This document shows, in pieces, positions 1 to 10,500 of a stretch of 37,871 nt of DNA (the first letter of the stretch is position 1; every line of letters starts with the position of its first letter). Under the pieces are notes generated by a model, which was not told the DNA's origin, did not search any database, and saw only the letters and a program-made list of their open reading frames with translations. The stretch lies in the IMG/VR virus record IMGVR_UViG_3300007735_000693, positions 1 to 37,871 of that record; one strand, given 5' to 3'. The stretch is from a virus. Its lineage: Duplodnaviria > Caudoviricetes. A program made the translations under genes and the position numbers.

Positions 1-126
1 AAGATTAATCGAGGCGATAAAGAAGGCGCTGCTAAAGAAATTTTAAAATACTGCAGGGCTGGTGGTAAAATTGTTAGAGGACTTCAAATAAGACGTGAAG
101 CTGAATATAGAATGTTTTTAGGGTAA
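1..126 (+). CDS. C-terminal fragment of phage lysozyme/endolysin (GH24-like)
   Basis: Frame 1 reads KINRGDKEGAAKEILKYCRAGGKIVRGLQIRREAEYRMFLG*, matching the typical GH24 C-terminus (AGGK..GL..RR..E..LF); truncated by the window edge. Confidence 0.8.
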   Translation, partial: KINRGDKEGAAKEILKYCRAGGKIVRGLQIRREAEYRMFLG

Positions 127-128
127 TT

Positions 129-2069
129 ATGCCATTAAGTAAGCTAATATTTAAACCAGGAGTTAACCGAGATCAAACTAACTATGCCTCTGAAGGTGGT
201 TGGTATGAGACTCAGTGGGTACGATTCCGTTCAGGTTTTCCTGAAAAAATGGGTGGGTGGGAACCTAAAAATATTCAAGCTTATAATGGTTCGGCCAGGA
301 GTCTTTTTTCTTGGAGTACAACAGATGGCAATATATTACTTGGTATTGGCACTAATACTAAAATGTACGTGGGCGTATCAACTAATATATATGACATTAC
401 ACCTATACGAGCTACCTTTACTTCCCCTGCTACAAATAATTGTATTAGTACTACTAGCGGATCTAAAACTGTCGTTTTTACTATTGCCGGATACGGCGGC
501 ATTACAGGGGACTTTGTAACTATAAGTGGAGTAACAGGTAACCCTGGTGGAATTCCTGACGCAGAATTTAATAAAGAACATCAAATTACTTATGTAGATG
601 CTAATAATTTTACTATTACTGTTACAACTGCCGCTACATCTACAGCAACAGGCGTGGGTGGTACAGGTATTACTGCCGTGTTTCAAATTAATTCTGGGTA
701 CAATATTACCACTGCGGGTTATGGGTGGGGTACAGGCGTTTGGAGTCGAGGCACTTGGGGTTCTGGATCTACTACACCAGTATATAATCCGGCGCGTTTA
801 ATATTTCAAGACAAATTTAATAACGATTTAATATTTAATATTCAAGATAGCTTCATTTATTATTGGGCATACACAAATGCATTTAATACCCGTGCTGTTT
901 TGTTATCAAGTTTATCAGGCGCTATCGCTGTACCTCAACAAGTTGGTAAAATCTTATTTGCTCCTAGTGGACACCTATTAGCTTTTGGATGTACTAACTA
1001 TGATCCCACTGCATCAGGCCCTAATTATCTAGGAACTTATGATCCGCTTCTTATTCGTTGGGCAAACGTAGATGCTGATATTGGTCCTGATCCACTTAAT
1101 TGGCAACCTACCTTAACTAATACTGCTGGTTATTTACGTCTTTCTATCGGTTCTAGAATTGTAGCGGCATTAAGAACTAAGCAAGAAATTCTTGTATGGA
1201 CCGATGTATCTTTATCATCACTACAATTCTTAGGTACATCAGAAGTATTTGGTTTATCAGAAGTTTCTTCGGCCACAACTATATTTGGTTCTAATACTGT
1301 AATTGGTGCTAATAACGTAGTTTACTGGATGGGTAATGATAAATTCTATACATACTCAGGCAGGGTTGATACCTTACCTTGTACGCTTCGTCAGTATGTG
1401 TTTACCAACATTAATAGACAACAACAAGCTTTATTCTTTGCTGGTCAAAATGCTGAGTTTAATGAAGTTATTTGGTTCTATTGCACTGCAAATTCAAGCG
1501 AAATTAATCGGTATGTTGTCTATAACTACGCTGAAAACATTTGGTATTTTGGTGATTTGGAAAGAACCGCATGGATTGACACAGGTGTTATTGACTACCC
1601 AGTTGCAGCTAAAGATGGGTATATTTATTTACATGAATTAGGAAACAATGATGGTCAACCTGCAGGGGCAGCACCATTACCTATTCCAGCCTACATACAA
1701 TCAGCAGACATAGATATTGAAGACGGTGATAAATACATGCTTATACGTCGTATTATTCCTGATGTAAACTTTAATAATTCAGAAACAACTAATCCTGTGA
1801 CGGGTGCTACAATTGTGCCAGAAGTAACTATGACTGTGGGGGTTCGTAATTTCCCAGGTGCAGCGTCGTCTACTACAAATGCAGAGGGTGAAACTACAGC
1901 TAAAGACGTAGTAACATCAACAGCTACTATAGACCAGTATACAAACCAAGTATTTATTAGAGCACGCGGCCGTCAAATGAATTTTAAAATTAGTTCTAAC
2001 GATGTAGGTACTCAGTGGCAACTAGGTATGCCTCGTGTTGATGCAAGGCCTGATGGACTAAGAAGCTAA
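129..2069 (+). CDS. Tail nozzle / packaged-DNA stabilization protein (P22 gp10-like)
   Basis: 646 aa, beta-rich; N-term KPGVNRDQT..EGGW..VRFR.G.PEK.GGW, C-term RARGRQ..W.LG..R.D.RPDG; Thr/Gly-rich insertion at about aa 95-190; lies ahead of the ejection genes. Confidence 0.75.
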   Translation: MPLSKLIFKPGVNRDQTNYASEGGWYETQWVRFRSGFPEKMGGWEPKNIQAYNGSARSLFSWSTTDGNILLGIGTNTKMYVGVSTNIYDITPIRATFTSPATNNCISTTSGSKTVVFTIAGYGGITGDFVTISGVTGNPGGIPDAEFNKEHQITYVDANNFTITVTTAATSTATGVGGTGITAVFQINSGYNITTAGYGWGTGVWSRGTWGSGSTTPVYNPARLIFQDKFNNDLIFNIQDSFIYYWAYTNAFNTRAVLLSSLSGAIAVPQQVGKILFAPSGHLLAFGCTNYDPTASGPNYLGTYDPLLIRWANVDADIGPDPLNWQPTLTNTAGYLRLSIGSRIVAALRTKQEILVWTDVSLSSLQFLGTSEVFGLSEVSSATTIFGSNTVIGANNVVYWMGNDKFYTYSGRVDTLPCTLRQYVFTNINRQQQALFFAGQNAEFNEVIWFYCTANSSEINRYVVYNYAENIWYFGDLERTAWIDTGVIDYPVAAKDGYIYLHELGNNDGQPAGAAPLPIPAYIQSADIDIEDGDKYMLIRRIIPDVNFNNSETTNPVTGATIVPEVTMTVGVRNFPGAASSTTNAEGETTAKDVVTSTATIDQYTNQVFIRARGRQMNFKISSNDVGTQWQLGMPRVDARPDGLRS

Positions 2070-2071
2070 AA

Positions 2072-2431
2072 ATGGCATTACAATTATTTGCCCCACCGGT
2101 CCTGCCATTAGCACCTACAACTTATGATCCTGAATATATTAATCAGCTTATACGAGCTCTTAATGTATATTTAAAACAAGTAGGTTCAACAACGCCTATT
2201 GTAATCGATCAGTTAACATTGCTAGCGTTACCTGTAAGTCCAATAGGATTAAGACCGGGCACTGTGTGGAACGACGGTGGCACATTAAAGATTGTATTAA
2301 GTAACACAATTGTAGTACCAACAGCAACACCGTTAACAATTACAGGCTACGCTCCTTCGTTAGACATAATAGCCCCACCTGTTAAAAATGTTAACTTAGT
2401 GGGTATAGCCCCCACAATTACAGTAGCATAA
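2072..2431 (+). CDS. Small virion protein (tail accessory/needle-like)
   Basis: 119 aa; P.LP.AP..Y...Y..QL.R.L..Y N-terminus typical of the gene after the gp10-like gene. Confidence 0.55.
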   Translation: MALQLFAPPVLPLAPTTYDPEYINQLIRALNVYLKQVGSTTPIVIDQLTLLALPVSPIGLRPGTVWNDGGTLKIVLSNTIVVPTATPLTITGYAPSLDIIAPPVKNVNLVGIAPTITVA

Positions 2432-2444
2432 AGGCTTAGAAACA

Positions 2445-2453
2445 TGATATTAT
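2445..2453 (+). promoter_or_regulatory. Possible extended -10 promoter for the ejection-protein genes
   Basis: TGaTATTAT in the 44-bp gap before the 606-aa gene; no clear -35. Confidence 0.25.
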
Positions 2454-2475
2454 TAGATAAATTCAAGGACTTCGT

Positions 2476-4296
2476 ATGACAGCACATTCCACAGCTCAGG
2501 GTATAGCCTCTTTAGGTAGATATGGTGACGATTTAATCGTTCATATGAACCAAGAAGAAGTACAGGGTTTGCAAGCATTAGCTAAGCAACATGGTACATC
2601 TTTAACTATTAACCCTAAAACTGGTATGCCAGAAGCGTTTAAACTAGGTAAAGTATTTAAAGCAGTTCTTCCTATTGCGGCAGGGTTTGCTTTAGGTCCT
2701 GGTGGGTTTGGATTAGGTGAAAGTATATTTGGTGCTGGCTCATTTATGGGTTCAGCTTTAGGTACAGGCTTATTAATTGGTGGTGCAACAGCTGCTTTAA
2801 CTGGTAATTTAGGTTCTGGATTAATGGCAGGGCTTGGAGCTTATGGTGGTTATGGATTAAGCGATACTTTAGCTAAATTAGGAACTGCGGGAGCTAGTAA
2901 TGCAGCTAGTGTTGCAAATGCTACTCAAGCAGCAACAGGAGCACCTTTAGTTGGAGCTTCATCTCAATTTATTAGCCCTTTTACCCCTCAAGGTATCGCT
3001 GGTGGCGCAGGTTTAGGTGTTGGCACTGTAGGTGGAAATGCCGCTAATGCATTAACCAATCAAGCTTTAAATGCTAGTTTAACAGGAGCAAATACAGTTG
3101 CTAATGCTGGTAATATTGCAAATACCGCTAATGTAGCTGCACCAGTATCTGGATTTGAAAAAAGCTATCAAGGACTTAAAAGTTTATTTCAACCTGGAGG
3201 TTTTGAACAAGCAAAAACTACATTAGGCACTACAATTCCAGGTAAAGAAGAAGTTATTACTGGAATTACAAAAGATGCTTATGGGAATGTAATATCTACT
3301 ACAACTACTCCTGCAACTGCAGCTACTGTAAAACCTCTTAGTACTGGACAGCTAGCTATGAAATTAGGAGCTGCTCCAGCTGGAGCTTTATTACAAGGCG
3401 TAGAACCTGAAGATTTTTATGAACAGCCTTTAGCGCAACGAGAAAAACAAGTTTATGAACAAACTGGTGTTGATGCTATGGGCAGACCTACGTATGGTTA
3501 TATTGCAGCATCTGCATTTAATCCTTATAGAAATCAAAACTTAGGTGGAGTAGGCCCCTTAAAATTAGTTGCAAAAGGTGGTCCTATAAATAGTTATGCC
3601 GAAGGCGGTGTAGTTCAACCAACTATTCAAACAGGTGGTATCCGTGATTTATATGGTTCATCTGACAACCAAACACAGCCTTTAAGCTCAGATGGATTTG
3701 GTCTTGGTAGATTAAGTAATTTAGCAAGTCAACAAGAAATGCAACAAGCTAAGACATTAGGTTATGCTGAAGGCGGAGAAACAAGTTTAAATTTAGATGA
3801 ACAGCCTACACTTAATTTAAATACTGGTAGACAAAGTTATGGTGGTATGGGCGGCGATGCTTTATATTCTTTTAATGATAAATATGCAATGTCACCAGTA
3901 GGAAGAATGCTTCTTTCTAAAATGCCTCAATCAGACCGTGCAAAATTTATAGGTTCAGGTTTAGGAACTTTTTTTGGATTACAAGAAAGGCCTAAGCAAG
4001 AATATTACACATCAAGTGGAGCTCTTACATCTCAATATGCTAAAGGCGGTTATTTAGATGGCGCGGGTGATGGAATGAGTGACTCAATACCTGCTACAAT
4101 AGAAGGCAAACAACCCGCTCGTCTAGCGGATGGTGAATTTGTAATACCAGCTGATGTTGTAAGCCATTTAGGTAATGGTTCATCTAAAGCTGGATCTAAA
4201 CGTTTATATGCAATGATGCAAAAAGTAAGAAAAGCTAGAACAGGTAATCCTAGACAAGGTAAACAAATTAATCCTAATAAATTCTTACCTGCATGA
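2476..4296 (+). CDS. Internal virion/ejection protein with glycine-zipper region and AxGG motifs
   Basis: N-term GRYGDDLIVHM..EE...INPKTGMPEAF; Gly/Ala hydrophobic stretch at about aa 64-130; four AxGG motifs; C-term YAKGGYLDGAGDGMSDSIPA..LADGEFVIPA resembling tape-measure C-terminal motifs. Confidence 0.7.
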   Translation: MTAHSTAQGIASLGRYGDDLIVHMNQEEVQGLQALAKQHGTSLTINPKTGMPEAFKLGKVFKAVLPIAAGFALGPGGFGLGESIFGAGSFMGSALGTGLLIGGATAALTGNLGSGLMAGLGAYGGYGLSDTLAKLGTAGASNAASVANATQAATGAPLVGASSQFISPFTPQGIAGGAGLGVGTVGGNAANALTNQALNASLTGANTVANAGNIANTANVAAPVSGFEKSYQGLKSLFQPGGFEQAKTTLGTTIPGKEEVITGITKDAYGNVISTTTTPATAATVKPLSTGQLAMKLGAAPAGALLQGVEPEDFYEQPLAQREKQVYEQTGVDAMGRPTYGYIAASAFNPYRNQNLGGVGPLKLVAKGGPINSYAEGGVVQPTIQTGGIRDLYGSSDNQTQPLSSDGFGLGRLSNLASQQEMQQAKTLGYAEGGETSLNLDEQPTLNLNTGRQSYGGMGGDALYSFNDKYAMSPVGRMLLSKMPQSDRAKFIGSGLGTFFGLQERPKQEYYTSSGALTSQYAKGGYLDGAGDGMSDSIPATIEGKQPARLADGEFVIPADVVSHLGNGSSKAGSKRLYAMMQKVRKARTGNPRQGKQINPNKFLPA

Positions 4297-4706
4297 AATC
4301 AGTACAATTAGTACCACCAGGTCATATATTAGGTATATGGGAAATAATATGGCCTATGTTAAACGTAGCTTTTATTAATTACGAACATGGTGACTACGAT
4401 ATAGAACAATTAAAAGTTCTATTAATAAAAGAGTTTCAAATATTATTTGTAGTGGTAGAAGATAATAAAATTATTGGGTGCTTTACAGTAGAAGTTATTA
4501 ATCAGCCTAATCACAAAGTTGCACATACAACATGTATGGGTGGTAAAAGTGTTTTTGATGAGCATACTGTAAAACAATATGAAGATTGGTGTAAAGGTAA
4601 TGGCATTACAAAAATAAGAGCGTATGCTCAAGATTCGCAAGCAAGGCTATTTAAAATGAAATTAGGACTTAAAAAAGTCACAAACGTAGTGGAGAAAACT
4701 TTATGA
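4293..4706 (+). CDS. GNAT-fold acetyltransferase-like virion assembly protein
   Basis: 137 aa; LFVVVEDNKIIGCFTVE strand pattern and WCKGNGITKIRAY..ARLFK.KLG C-term; ATGA overlaps on both sides. Confidence 0.6.
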   Translation: MKSVQLVPPGHILGIWEIIWPMLNVAFINYEHGDYDIEQLKVLLIKEFQILFVVVEDNKIIGCFTVEVINQPNHKVAHTTCMGGKSVFDEHTVKQYEDWCKGNGITKIRAYAQDSQARLFKMKLGLKKVTNVVEKTL

Positions 4707-5824
4707 AATTATTAAATCTGTTTAACTGGGTAGATAGCTTAGTAAGCTTTTTCACGCTTAGTATTGGCGGTGGAGGATCAAGTGGTGGTGGAGGAGGTTC
4801 TCAAACTTCTACTTCATATTCTACAAACTTACCAGAATATGCTAAACCCTACTATGAACAGTTATTAAAAGAAACTGGTAAAGCTGTTTACACTACTGAT
4901 CCTTCAGGTAATGTAACCGGCGTACAAGGATATACTCCATATACAGGTGCTAGACAAGCAGGATTTACTCCAGGTCAAGTTGCGTCTCAAGCAGAAACAC
5001 TTGGCATGACAACACCAACTCAATTTGCTCCAGCATCAACAGGTTTAGGAACTGGTTCTGCATTAGGCTTAACTTCTGGTCTTGCAGGTTTAACAGGTGC
5101 TATGGGTTATACACCTATGAGTGTAGGTACTGGTACATTTGGTGCTCCAGCAGCATCAGCTTATATGTCTCCCTATGCATCAGCAGTTACTGATCAAGCA
5201 GTTCGTGAAGCAGAAAAACAAAGAGACTTAGCTAAATCAGCAGGTGCATTAGGTGCAATTGGTCGTGGTACCTTTGGTGGTGCTCGTCAAGCTTTATTAC
5301 AAGCTGAACAAGGTCGTGGCGCTGCACAAAACATTGCAGATATTAGAGCTAAAGGTTTACAAGATGCTTATACAAATGCACAAGCGCAATTTAATCAAGA
5401 TCAAGCTCGTCAATTACAAGCACAACAACTTAATCAAGCAGCATATGGTCAACAAGCAGCTCTTCTTGGTCAATTAGGAACTGCTGGGCTTACAGCGGGT
5501 TTACAAGGTTCACAAGCTTTAGGTCAATTAGGAACTCAACAACAAACAGCGGATTTAGCTAGATTACAGGCTCAAGGAGCTGTGGGTGCTCAACAGCAAC
5601 AACAAGCACAACAAGGACTTGATATTGCATATCAAAACTTCTTAACACAACAAAATTATCCTAAATCACAACTTGAGTATCTCAGTAATATTTTACGTGG
5701 TAACGCCGGTGCCTTGGGTTCTACTCAAGTGGCTTATACTCCACAACCATCAACTGCATCACAAGTAGCAAGCTTAGGTTTAGCAGGGTTAGGTTTATAT
5801 AACGTATTAGGTAAAACAGTATAG
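4703..5824 (+). CDS. Ejection/DNA pilot protein (P22 gp7-like position)
   Basis: Leader then GGGGSSGGGGG, YMSPY, GTFGGARQ motif, Gln/Ala/Gly-rich coiled coil, hydrophobic C-term GLAGLGLY. Confidence 0.7.
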   Translation: MKLLNLFNWVDSLVSFFTLSIGGGGSSGGGGGSQTSTSYSTNLPEYAKPYYEQLLKETGKAVYTTDPSGNVTGVQGYTPYTGARQAGFTPGQVASQAETLGMTTPTQFAPASTGLGTGSALGLTSGLAGLTGAMGYTPMSVGTGTFGAPAASAYMSPYASAVTDQAVREAEKQRDLAKSAGALGAIGRGTFGGARQALLQAEQGRGAAQNIADIRAKGLQDAYTNAQAQFNQDQARQLQAQQLNQAAYGQQAALLGQLGTAGLTAGLQGSQALGQLGTQQQTADLARLQAQGAVGAQQQQQAQQGLDIAYQNFLTQQNYPKSQLEYLSNILRGNAGALGSTQVAYTPQPSTASQVASLGLAGLGLYNVLGKTV

Positions 5825-5833
5825 GACACTACT

Positions 5834-7513
5834 ATGAGCATAGGTAAAAATTTATCATATATTCCACAACAAAAACTAATTGAATATGTTAAAAATCCTG
5901 AGTTAGCCGCCGCTGCTAATATTCCCGCTGCATCTGCTTTATTTGAATTACAACAACGTATTGTAAAAGATAAAGAATTAGCTGCGTTAAAAGCTAAAGA
6001 AGCTATGGCACAAGGTCCACAAAGTATAGCTGATAAAACTATTGCTGCTTCACAAGAACAAGGTTTACCTGCTATGATGAGTATGGCATCAAATGATCAA
6101 GGCGTAGCATCATTAGATACAGGTGATATGTATGATGAAAAGAATTATGCAGGGGGTGGTATTGTTGCATTTGATGATGGTGGTGATGTTGATGTTAAAA
6201 CACGTAGTCGTTTTACTCCATTAACTAATGAAGAAAAACAAATGATTGCTGCACAATATGCCCTAAGTGCTGATGTAGGTAATCCCCGTGCTTCTGTAGG
6301 TGCTGAATATGCAGGTATTGTTAATGATAGAGGCGTTGCTAATCCTAGACTTAGTGAACTTCGTGGTCGTTATATGACTGATCAAGGTAATGAATATAAT
6401 GCTCGTTATGTGCCAGATGCAAGGGCTTTAAGTGTTGATAGATATGCAGGTAGAGCTTCTATGGGAGCAGATGTAGCTCCTGGTCTAGATAATCGTATGG
6501 GTTTAAGAAGTATTCGTGGTAGTTATATTACAGATGATGGCACACGTTATGGTGGTGACTATAATGTAGATACTCGTCAAGCGTTACTAGAAAGAATTAA
6601 TCGTGAAGGTAATAGTTTAGGACTTACTGTTGCTCCTGACAGTGTGGGGCTTCGTGGTGTTTATAATTTTGCTAAAGGTGGTGAAGTTAAACATTATGCT
6701 TACGGCGCAGCTGTTAAAACTGATCCTGAAAAATATGATCCGTTCTACTATAAAGATGCAGCAGCAGCATTAGTACCTGCTAGAAAGTTACCTACGGCTA
6801 AAGAGTATTTTGAAGATCAAAGATCTGCTGAAACTGAATTAGGATTAGATCCAGATTACTATAAAAATCGTATGAAAGAAATTGCTGCAGCTACAGCAGA
6901 AGAAACTGATTCGGCTAAACGATTAGCTAATGCTAATATTTTATTTGCTATGGCAGATACATTAAGTTCTACTCCAGGCCCTATATTAAGAGGTCTATCA
7001 AGAGCAGCCCCTGCAGGACTTAAAGCTGGTACAGAAGCTCTTAAAGATCTTAGAGAACTTGAAAAAGCTAAACGTGAAGCTGAAAATAAACTTAGAGATG
7101 CAGAATACTCACAAAAACGTGGTGATGCTCAAGGTTACGTAAAAAATATTAATGAATACAAAACACTTAATACTAATATTGAATTAAAGAATGCTGAACT
7201 TGAGACTTCTATGCGTATTGCTAACCTTAAAGAAAGAGCAAGTAAAACAGGTAAAGGATATGAGATATATGAAAAAGCGGCTAAATTAGCTCAAGATGCT
7301 TTTAACAAAGATTATCCTGATGCTGCTTTAGTTGAAACAGGCGGCGATGCTGATAAATTAAAATTAATTCAAAAACAATACCTTGAGAGATATTTACAAA
7401 CTCTTATGGGTGATATTGAAGGTGCTTATGGTACTAAACCTGCTCCAACACAATCAAGTGTAGCACAACCAGGTGTTAACAGAAAACCTCTTTCAGAATT
7501 TGCAGGAAGTTAA
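5834..7513 (+). CDS. Ejection protein with an AxGG-bounded beta-rich insert
   Basis: 559 aa; YAGGG/FDDGG and FAKGG/YAYG motifs flank a beta-strand-patterned segment; helical C-terminal half. Confidence 0.65.
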   Translation: MSIGKNLSYIPQQKLIEYVKNPELAAAANIPAASALFELQQRIVKDKELAALKAKEAMAQGPQSIADKTIAASQEQGLPAMMSMASNDQGVASLDTGDMYDEKNYAGGGIVAFDDGGDVDVKTRSRFTPLTNEEKQMIAAQYALSADVGNPRASVGAEYAGIVNDRGVANPRLSELRGRYMTDQGNEYNARYVPDARALSVDRYAGRASMGADVAPGLDNRMGLRSIRGSYITDDGTRYGGDYNVDTRQALLERINREGNSLGLTVAPDSVGLRGVYNFAKGGEVKHYAYGAAVKTDPEKYDPFYYKDAAAALVPARKLPTAKEYFEDQRSAETELGLDPDYYKNRMKEIAAATAEETDSAKRLANANILFAMADTLSSTPGPILRGLSRAAPAGLKAGTEALKDLRELEKAKREAENKLRDAEYSQKRGDAQGYVKNINEYKTLNTNIELKNAELETSMRIANLKERASKTGKGYEIYEKAAKLAQDAFNKDYPDAALVETGGDADKLKLIQKQYLERYLQTLMGDIEGAYGTKPAPTQSSVAQPGVNRKPLSEFAGS

Positions 7514-7526
7514 CTACTAATTAATT

Positions 7527-10500
7527 ATGGCATTTGACGTTCAAGGAGCCTTAAAAGAAGGCTATACGGCTAGTGAAATAAATGAGTACCTAGCTAAAGA
7601 AAAAAACTTTGATCTGGCTGGCGCTAGAAAAGAAGGTTATACTGATGATGATATTCTTTCATTCTTAAATCCAACTAAAGTACTCTCTGAAAAACCTGAA
7701 GACGTTGGCATGTTTACTCGTGCTAAACAAGCTTTAACTGAAGGCTTTGAATCTTTAGGTGGGGCTAAACGTGGTCTTGAATTAGGTAGTGCTGCTACTG
7801 ATAAAGATATGGAAGCAGCTGCAGCTAAGATGCAAGAGATAAAAGCTAAAGGTCAAGTTGCTCCTGCTGTTCAAACACTAACTGCTGCAGACATTCAACG
7901 TATTGCAGAAGAAAAAGGTCTTATTCCCGCTGGCATGCAAGTGCCGTCTTTTGTCGTAGAGCAAATATTAAAATCAGGTCCTGAAATGGTTATACCATTA
8001 TTAACAGGATTTGCTGCATCTGCAGGTACCGCTGCAGTTACTGGTCCAGCTGCTCCTTTAGCAGCGCCTATTGTTGGAGCATTGGTTGGTATTGGAACTT
8101 ATGGTGTTCAACAATATGGTCATTTTATGGAACGCCAAGCTTTAGAAAAAAGTGCACCTCAAGATTTAAATCCAACAGAAGCTAAAACATGGGCCGCTGT
8201 ATCAGCTCCTTTAGGATATGCTGTTGATAGATTTACTTTTGGTATTGGTAAAGTAGGTTCTAAAACTGCAATTAAAGAAATAACTAAAGAAATAGCTGAA
8301 AGAGGTACTGCTAAATATGTAGCTAAAGGTGCGGGTGAAGGTGCTATAAAAGGTCTTTCAGAAGTACCTACAGAAATACTAGAGCAAGCTGCAGAACGAT
8401 ATCAAGCAGGGTTATCATTAGATGATGAGCAAGCTAAAAACGAATACTTTGAAGCTGGATGGGGTGCATTGGCAGTGGGAACTGGTATTGGTGGAGTTTC
8501 TCATGGATATCAATCATATAAAGAAGCTAAACAAATAACAAATCAAGCTAAAGAAATTAACAAAGCTAAAGAAAAAATACTTAGTGATGATGTAGCAGAC
8601 ACTGAAACAGTTAAACCTAATCGTAAAGAAGTAATGGACGATACGTTTGAAAAAATTAAACAACAAGCAGATGACATTAAAGCTAAACAAGAAGAGATAA
8701 AAGCTAAAGTAAAAGCTAAAGTAAAAGCTAAAGAAGAGGAAGAAGTAGAATTAGATTCTGATGAACCATCAAGTGTTCTTAATGATACTACGTTAACTTC
8801 GTTAGGATTTAGAAAATCTTCAAATGCTTATAAAGCACTTATAGGTAAAGATATTTCGACTCAAGAAACTCGTGATTTATTAAATCAAGTTATAGAAGCA
8901 AATCCAGATAAAGTCAATGAAGATGCAGCGAATACTTTTATAGCTTCATTACCTCCTGTGATAGAATTAAAACAAGAAAAACCAACTTCTGAGGAAAAAA
9001 TTGATGTTAGCAGAAAGCCTAAAATTAAGTCCGAAACAGATAGAACTAGCGTTTCAGCACTTGATGAATCCAAACGAGTACGAACAACCACCGAAGGAGC
9101 TGAGCCAAGTGACGTTGGAGGAGTGGACACTACTGGGGTTGATGCTGGAAAACTTGCTGAACGAGATGAAAAACAACCCACTACATTAAAACAACCTAAA
9201 GCTCCAGAAACAGAAGAAGTTCTTAAAGGTGAAGCGCCTCTTGGTGCTTATTATGATATTACTGATAAAAAACAAAAATATCAGCAACAAGTTCCACAAG
9301 AAGGTAAATTAAATGTTCAACCTAAAGAATACGTTAAGCCTAAAGATAAATTAACACCTACTCCATTTATTGATAGGCTTTCACATCCTGATCCAAATAT
9401 TAGATATGAAGCACGTGTAGAGTTTTTAAAAACTTTAAGAGAACAACGTAATATTGAACGTTCTAAGCAGGAATCTGAATTACTTAAATCAATACCTCCA
9501 ACTTATCCTTTAGTAAAACAAGGACAGTTATTAGCTTCAAACTTATCTAATTTAAAAAACCCCCCTCCTCAATATCTTATTGATGAACTACGTGATCCTA
9601 TCTTAAACGATAAGCAACGTAAACAAAAAATTGCTGAAGGTAAAAAATATATTATTGATCAACGTATGGAATCTGTAATTGATAAGATTCTAAAACGTCC
9701 ACCTACACCTCAAGAAATAGAAGCCTTTAATAAACTACAAGATGAACTATTTGCTGAAGGTTTAGATAAGAAAGGTAAACGATTTAAACCTAAACGTAGT
9801 AAACAATCTGCAGAAGAATTTAATAGCATGATTGATGCTTTTATTGATGACTTTACAGGTTTAAAACAAGAGAAAAAATTATATAGTCGTGTAATAACCC
9901 CTGAGTTAACTCAGTGGTTTGAAGGCTCTAAATTAGTTGATGCTACAGGAGCTCCTTTAAAACTTTATCATGGTACTAATAGAGATGTAAAAAATTTAAG
10001 ATCAAGTAAAGATGGATCATTAGGAGCAGGAATATATTTAACACCTGATCCTGCTTTTGCTAGTAAGTATGCTGAAGCAGAAGGTGGAAATGTTCTTCCA
10101 GTAATAGCTAATCTTAAAAACCCACTAGTTATTAATACCGAAATGGGTAGATCAGATCCAATGATTCAAGCTCTTATTAAGTTAGGTGTAGCTGAAGAAA
10201 AAGCAGCTGATATAGTTGAAAAAGCTTATGAAGAAAAAGGTTACATATCTAAAGAAGTTATGTCTCGTGCTCAAAAACAAGGATACGATGGTATTGTTCA
10301 GTATAAAAATGGTGAGTTAAGTGAGATTGTTGCTTTTAATGCAGAGCAAGTTAAATCTACTATTGACTCTTTACAATCTACTTTAGAAGGCACGCCTGAA
10401 GGTAAGGCAATTGTTAATACAACAAAACCTGCTAAAACATTAGGTCAAGCCCTTACTATTATTAGACAACAACATTTAAACAAACTTAATCCTGTTCAAA

